A model generated the notes under the pieces. It was not told where the DNA came from. It searched no databases and saw nothing but the letters and a program-made list of their open reading frames with translations. From contig CATNEN010000001.1 in NCBI GenBank assembly GCA_950097015.1, forward strand, positions 3,658,001 to 3,722,000: a DNA stretch of 64,000 nt, in the 5' to 3' direction. Positions 59,462 to 64,000 of this stretch are shown one piece after another. Position numbers and translations under genes: made by a program. How positions within the stretch are numbered: position 1 is the stretch's first letter; the number at the start of each line of letters is the position of its first letter. Source of the stretch: Macrostomum hystrix. Taxonomy: Eukaryota; Animalia; Platyhelminthes.

Positions 59462-60841
59462 GCCGTATTGAAAATTTTTTCTAAATGGCAACAAAAGAAA
59501 TGAAATAACACAAGCTTCCAAAATACTTCATTGACATCTTTCTGTTCTTGGATCTTTGCTATGAGAGTGTATTATAAAATACAACTAAAGAACTAAATTC
59601 AGGGCTACGCCATGGATTAAAAAACACGCGAGCTGACAAAAAATGATTCGAGCTTCGTCATCAACGCCCGTAGAAGCAAAATTGATTTAATTCTATAAAA
59701 AAATATCTTTAAAAATCGACCAATAAGCAATAATTGTTGGCGATAGCCAGAGACATTTACTGATAGTTCCGTTTAATTATGACGAAAATTCAGGTCGCTG
59801 AGCGGTGAAACAGAGTTTCATCGCCCCTAATCTCCTTTTCTTTCGCAAGCGGCTCGCATTGTCAGCCGCCTGGTCTGATAAGCTACGCAGCAAAGTAGAA
59901 GCAGTAGGGCAGCCACCGACACGAACACCACTATGCCGAATAGAGCGAATTCTTCAGCCTCGTCCATGACATCGTCGATTCTGTGGTCGTTGGATTTGTC
60001 AGACATTGGCCTCGATAAACCTGTACAGATTTACGAAGTAGCTTGGCTTGTTTTTCGATTTGTTTTCAGCTGCAGCATTCATGCAGTAGCTACGCCTTTT
60101 TATCGCGTCTGCACTGTGAAAATTTCCTTACCTCCCATGCAGCAGCCATCCCTTTAATCCTTCTTCTCGTTGCTCAGCTTAGACCCCACTCGATTTAGCG
60201 TTTCTATCATCTTCGCCCCATAGCTGTACTCAACCTCCTTCCCACACCTTCTCCCCGTCTATCTGTCCAAGCTGGGTGGTCTATGCTCGAGTCTACAAAG
60301 GGTAAGTGCGGAATTGTACATTCAACTACACTGATAGAGTGTGCGTTATAGCTGAAATCAGTCTGCACTCAATTGAGTACACTTAGCTCGTACATTGAGT
60401 GCACTTACTACTATACTACTCCATCGAGTAGTAAGTACCTTACAACTTTAACTTATAAGCTGGTTCTATTCATGAATACGCTCGTTAGACTCAATATTAA
60501 TATTTCAGGGCACTGCACATTCCGCTGACCTGAGCATAGGCCTGAGCACAAACGTACACACTCGTAAAGGTGTGTACATAATTAAGCTTCGGAAAAATCT
60601 GATTTTGAATCTATCTTATACAAGACAATTTAAGCAACCTTTTTTCTTAGCAAGGATTGGGCGACTGGCTAAATTCTGTGAAGCTAATTAGTTATGCTAA
60701 TTAGACTATACCTGGCAGCAGAATCAGAAAGCATTCTCAGTTTCTCACCCTAAAAATGCACGGAAATAAAAACCGAAAAACTGCAGAAAATTTCGACTCG
60801 TCACTTTGCAAGAAAGTTCTTCAATTAGACGTCAGTTTAGC

Positions 60842-61003
60842 ATGGAACTAACAACTGTTTTCCTTTTGTCGCTTGTCGCTGTTGTGCTTCTTATACTTGT
60901 GTGCATATGGGAGGCACTGAGGCATCGACGACCTCCCGGAACTGTGTCTAGCGGCTCGGCAGGTCCGCAGACTGACTCGCTTAATGGGAATCATCATCAT
61001 TGT

Positions 61004-61047
<44 letters not shown>

Positions 61048-61156
61048 CTTGCCACAGTCGTGTTTTGTAGTCGTACCAAAGCCACCACCAAGTTACGAAG
61101 AAGCAATGCGACAATCAAATACTGCTGTTGCTTCAGGTGTGACAATGCACATGTGA
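60842..61156 (+). CDS. Small single-pass membrane protein with poly-Q and a PPPSY (PY) motif
   Basis: MELTTVFLLSLVAVVLLILVCIW-EALRHRR...Q-tract...KPPPSYEEAM. AATAAA near 61283. Confidence 0.65.
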
Positions 61157-61435
61157 CTATCATGCCTAGGCGCTATGTATGAATTCTTTTATTAACAGCA
61201 ATGCGAGAAAATGTTTCTTGTATACCTGTAGCGGAATTTTAAACGTAGTAAGCTTTTTATTTTTGTATTCGTATTTTTGTTAAATAAAACAAAACTCAAG
61301 TTGTAATGTTGTGAACTGTGAAGAATGTTTTACTGATTTATTCATTCATAAAATGTTTTATCATCTGGCAAGCTAAGTGCTCGATTTAATTTTAATTTAA
61401 TCATAATAATTGATTACACCTACGCCGATTGGGTC

Positions 61436-61676
61436 AGATGTGCAGCCGACAGCACAGCCGCAGCTAATGCGCGGCGCATCTGAAGGCTGCGTACAGCTGT
61501 TCAGTCCATGGACTGGGGGGACGCCACACCCACCCTCAATTATCCCAGCTGATGCTGGTACCCATTTTACAGCTGGAGTTGAACTGAAGCAATGCAGAGT
61601 TGAGTTTCATGCTAAAGGACAAAAATTGCTCCAGTGGAGTCGGGAATCGAACCCACGACCTTCAAGTCGCGAGTCA
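61436..61676 (-). mobile_element. tRNA-derived SINE family B with a CORE-like central segment
   Basis: Minus strand has GGTTCGATTCCC and CCAGCTGTAAAATGGGTACC. Homologous to 59272-59461. Confidence 0.7.
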
Positions 61677-62629
61677 TAAAATCAAATGAGTTATAGGTTC
61701 GTGGATTTTGAGTCGATTAAGTCATTGGTGAAATGGTTCATTAAATTACCAAACAACTCAAAAAAGTCTCAATAAGAGAAAAAAGTAAAAATTTTGTTAC
61801 GCAGTAAAATACATTCTTTCATTTGCTCCTAGAGATAAGGGGAATTTCGATATGATTTTTATGCTAAGTCGATGCTTACTACTTTAATTTTAAAAGTGAG
61901 TAGTTAGTGAGTTTCAGCTAATTTGTTATACGTCTTGTTTCACTAATTATAACAAATATTTTGCCCGTGACATTATGGCAGGACGGTGATGTGTTAGATG
62001 TTTTGTTTAAAAGTACAATACTAAGTAATTAAAATTATAATTAAAATGAATCCTAGACATTTATACACATCTTCCCTCCTCATATAGGAGGGCTGCATTT
62101 TTATTAATTTATTTTATAATTGATTCAATCAGGTATTTAAAATTTCTCAACAAACTCTACCAGCATAAATTGTGTTAGAAAAATCTTCGTAAGCAACAAA
62201 TGTTGAGCAACAAAAGGTACGACAGAAAAAAAACAATTATTTTTTAGCATACAGCTGTTTCGCCGATCTAATTGTGACTTGAAACTACATTTTTTAGATT
62301 GTAGAAAAACATAAAAAAAGTTAGAGGGAAATTTTGCATTCCGAGGCGAAAGTTACAGATCTTTTAAGGATTCGTGATTTGAACGCCAAAAATGTCCGGA
62401 TTGTGCCATTTAGGTCCAGCCTAGAACACGAAAACGTAAGTAAAAATATACCTTATTCGTTACTGAAGAGAAATAAAACGCACACAAAAGCTGTTATTTG
62501 AATGAATATATTCACCAGTTAGTAAAACTTTTGTTAAAAATGGCAGTGTTAGCTTGTCAGCTTTGTCGGTTTGGAAAGCATCAATATATTACTTTAAGTA
62601 CACAGTTTAGCTCGCCTCGAGTTCAGTTC

Positions 62630-63563
62630 GTGTCGTGTCCAACAGGTTTAGGTCATGTCTAACATGTTCAGGTCGTGTCTAACAGATTTAAGTCGTGTCT
62701 TACATATCTATGTTGAGTCTAACAGATTTAGGTAACGTCTAACATGTTCAGGTCGTGTCTAACAGGTTTAGGTCGTGTCTAACATGTTTAGGTCGTGTCT
62801 AACATGTTTAGGTCGTGTCTAACAGATATTTAGTCGTGTCTAACATGTTTAGGTCGTGTCTAACATTTTTAGGTCGTGTCTAACATGTTTAGGTCGTGTC
62901 TAACAGATATTTAGTCGTGTCTAACATGTTTAGGTCGTGTCTAACATGTTTAGGTCGTATCTAACATATTTTAGGTCGTGTCTAACATGTTTAGGTCGTG
63001 TCTAACATGTTTAGGTCGTGTCTAACAGATATTTAGTCGTGTCTAACATGTTTAGGTCGTGTCTAACATGTTTAGGTCGTGTCTAACATGTTTAGGTCGT
63101 GTCTAACAGATATTTAGTCGTGTCTAACATGTTTAGGTCGTGTCTAACATGTTTAGGTCGTATCTAACATATTTTAGGTCGTGTCTAACATGTTTAGGTC
63201 GTGTCTAACATGTTTAGGTCGTGTCTAACAGATATTTGGTCGTGTCTAACATGTTTAGGTCGTGTCTAACATGTTTAGGTCGTGTCTAACATGTTTAGGT
63301 CGTATCTAACATATTTTAGGTCGTGTCTAACATGTTTAGGTCGTGTCTAACATGTTTAGGTCGTGTCTAACAGATATTTGGTCGTGTCTAACATGTTTAG
63401 GTCGTGTCTTACATATTTTACATGTAGGTCGTGTCTTACATATCTATGTTGAGTCTAACAGATTTAGGTCACGTCAAACATATTTAAAACCGTGTCTAAC
63501 AGATTTAGGTCGTGCCTGGTAACAGATTTGGGCTACGTCTAACAGATTTTGGTCGTGTCTAAC
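62630..63563. repeat. 20-bp minisatellite (GGTCGTGTCTAACATGTTTA)n
   Basis: Tandem units with 21-bp variants. Confidence 0.95.
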
Positions 63564-64000
63564 CTGTCGATAATGCATGTTCTGTGGAATTAAAAAACTC
63601 TTGTATTCTATTGTTAGTAGTAAGTGACTGAAAAAACACAAGAAATGGATGCACCTCAAACATACCAATAATATACAGCCGCATGATAGCATAATCAAAT
63701 CTAAAACTATTGAAATGCAATAAACACTTTAATTTACTAGCCACTAAAAAAACAAAATGAAGCACAAAAATGGTTTAAATGAGCTTTTAAAATCGTAAGG
63801 AGCAAAGATTATAACAAAAGCTGAACGTCAGACAAGGAAGCACAATTCTTTTCGAAGTAAGAGTTCTAAAAAAGAAAGCTAATTAAATTCGAGCGAAAAC
63901 AAGCAAACTATAACAAAATCCTTTTTGTATTCTTTCTGTTATAAAAAAAATGTAATCACAAGAAATTGCAATGTTAAAAATTATACAGTACAGTAAACTG

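Overview
Eukaryotic (metazoan) genomic DNA. Short GT-AG introns, CAG/poly-Q tracts, many minisatellites and tRNA-derived SINEs are consistent with a Macrostomum-like flatworm, but the organism is an inference. The left half (about 1-32.5 kb) is a nested transposon and satellite mosaic. It contains an interrupted LINE APE endonuclease preceded by a ubiquitin-tail-like LRGG motif, a degenerate EnSpm/CACTA-type transposase with a divergent accessory gene and an abutting intact ETS-domain ORF, solo LTRs (one nested in a hAT-like MITE), a truncated IS630/Tc1-like transposase, a Ty3/Gypsy gag-pol fragment, and a SETD8-like gene with altered catalytic residues. A ~2 kb module occurs twice, once after the ETS gene and once after the SET gene; it encodes a conserved micropeptide with a different satellite in each copy's 5' leader. 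The right half (34-64 kb) holds host genes: a CUB-CUB-LDLa-like transmembrane protein, AASDH/ACSF4, an inverted pair of near-identical intronless SLC22 transporters, a compact two-finger MYT1-family C2HC factor and a small PY-motif membrane protein, with satellites, SINEs and MITEs between them. Exon boundaries were read by eye and checked for frame only; no database search was possible.
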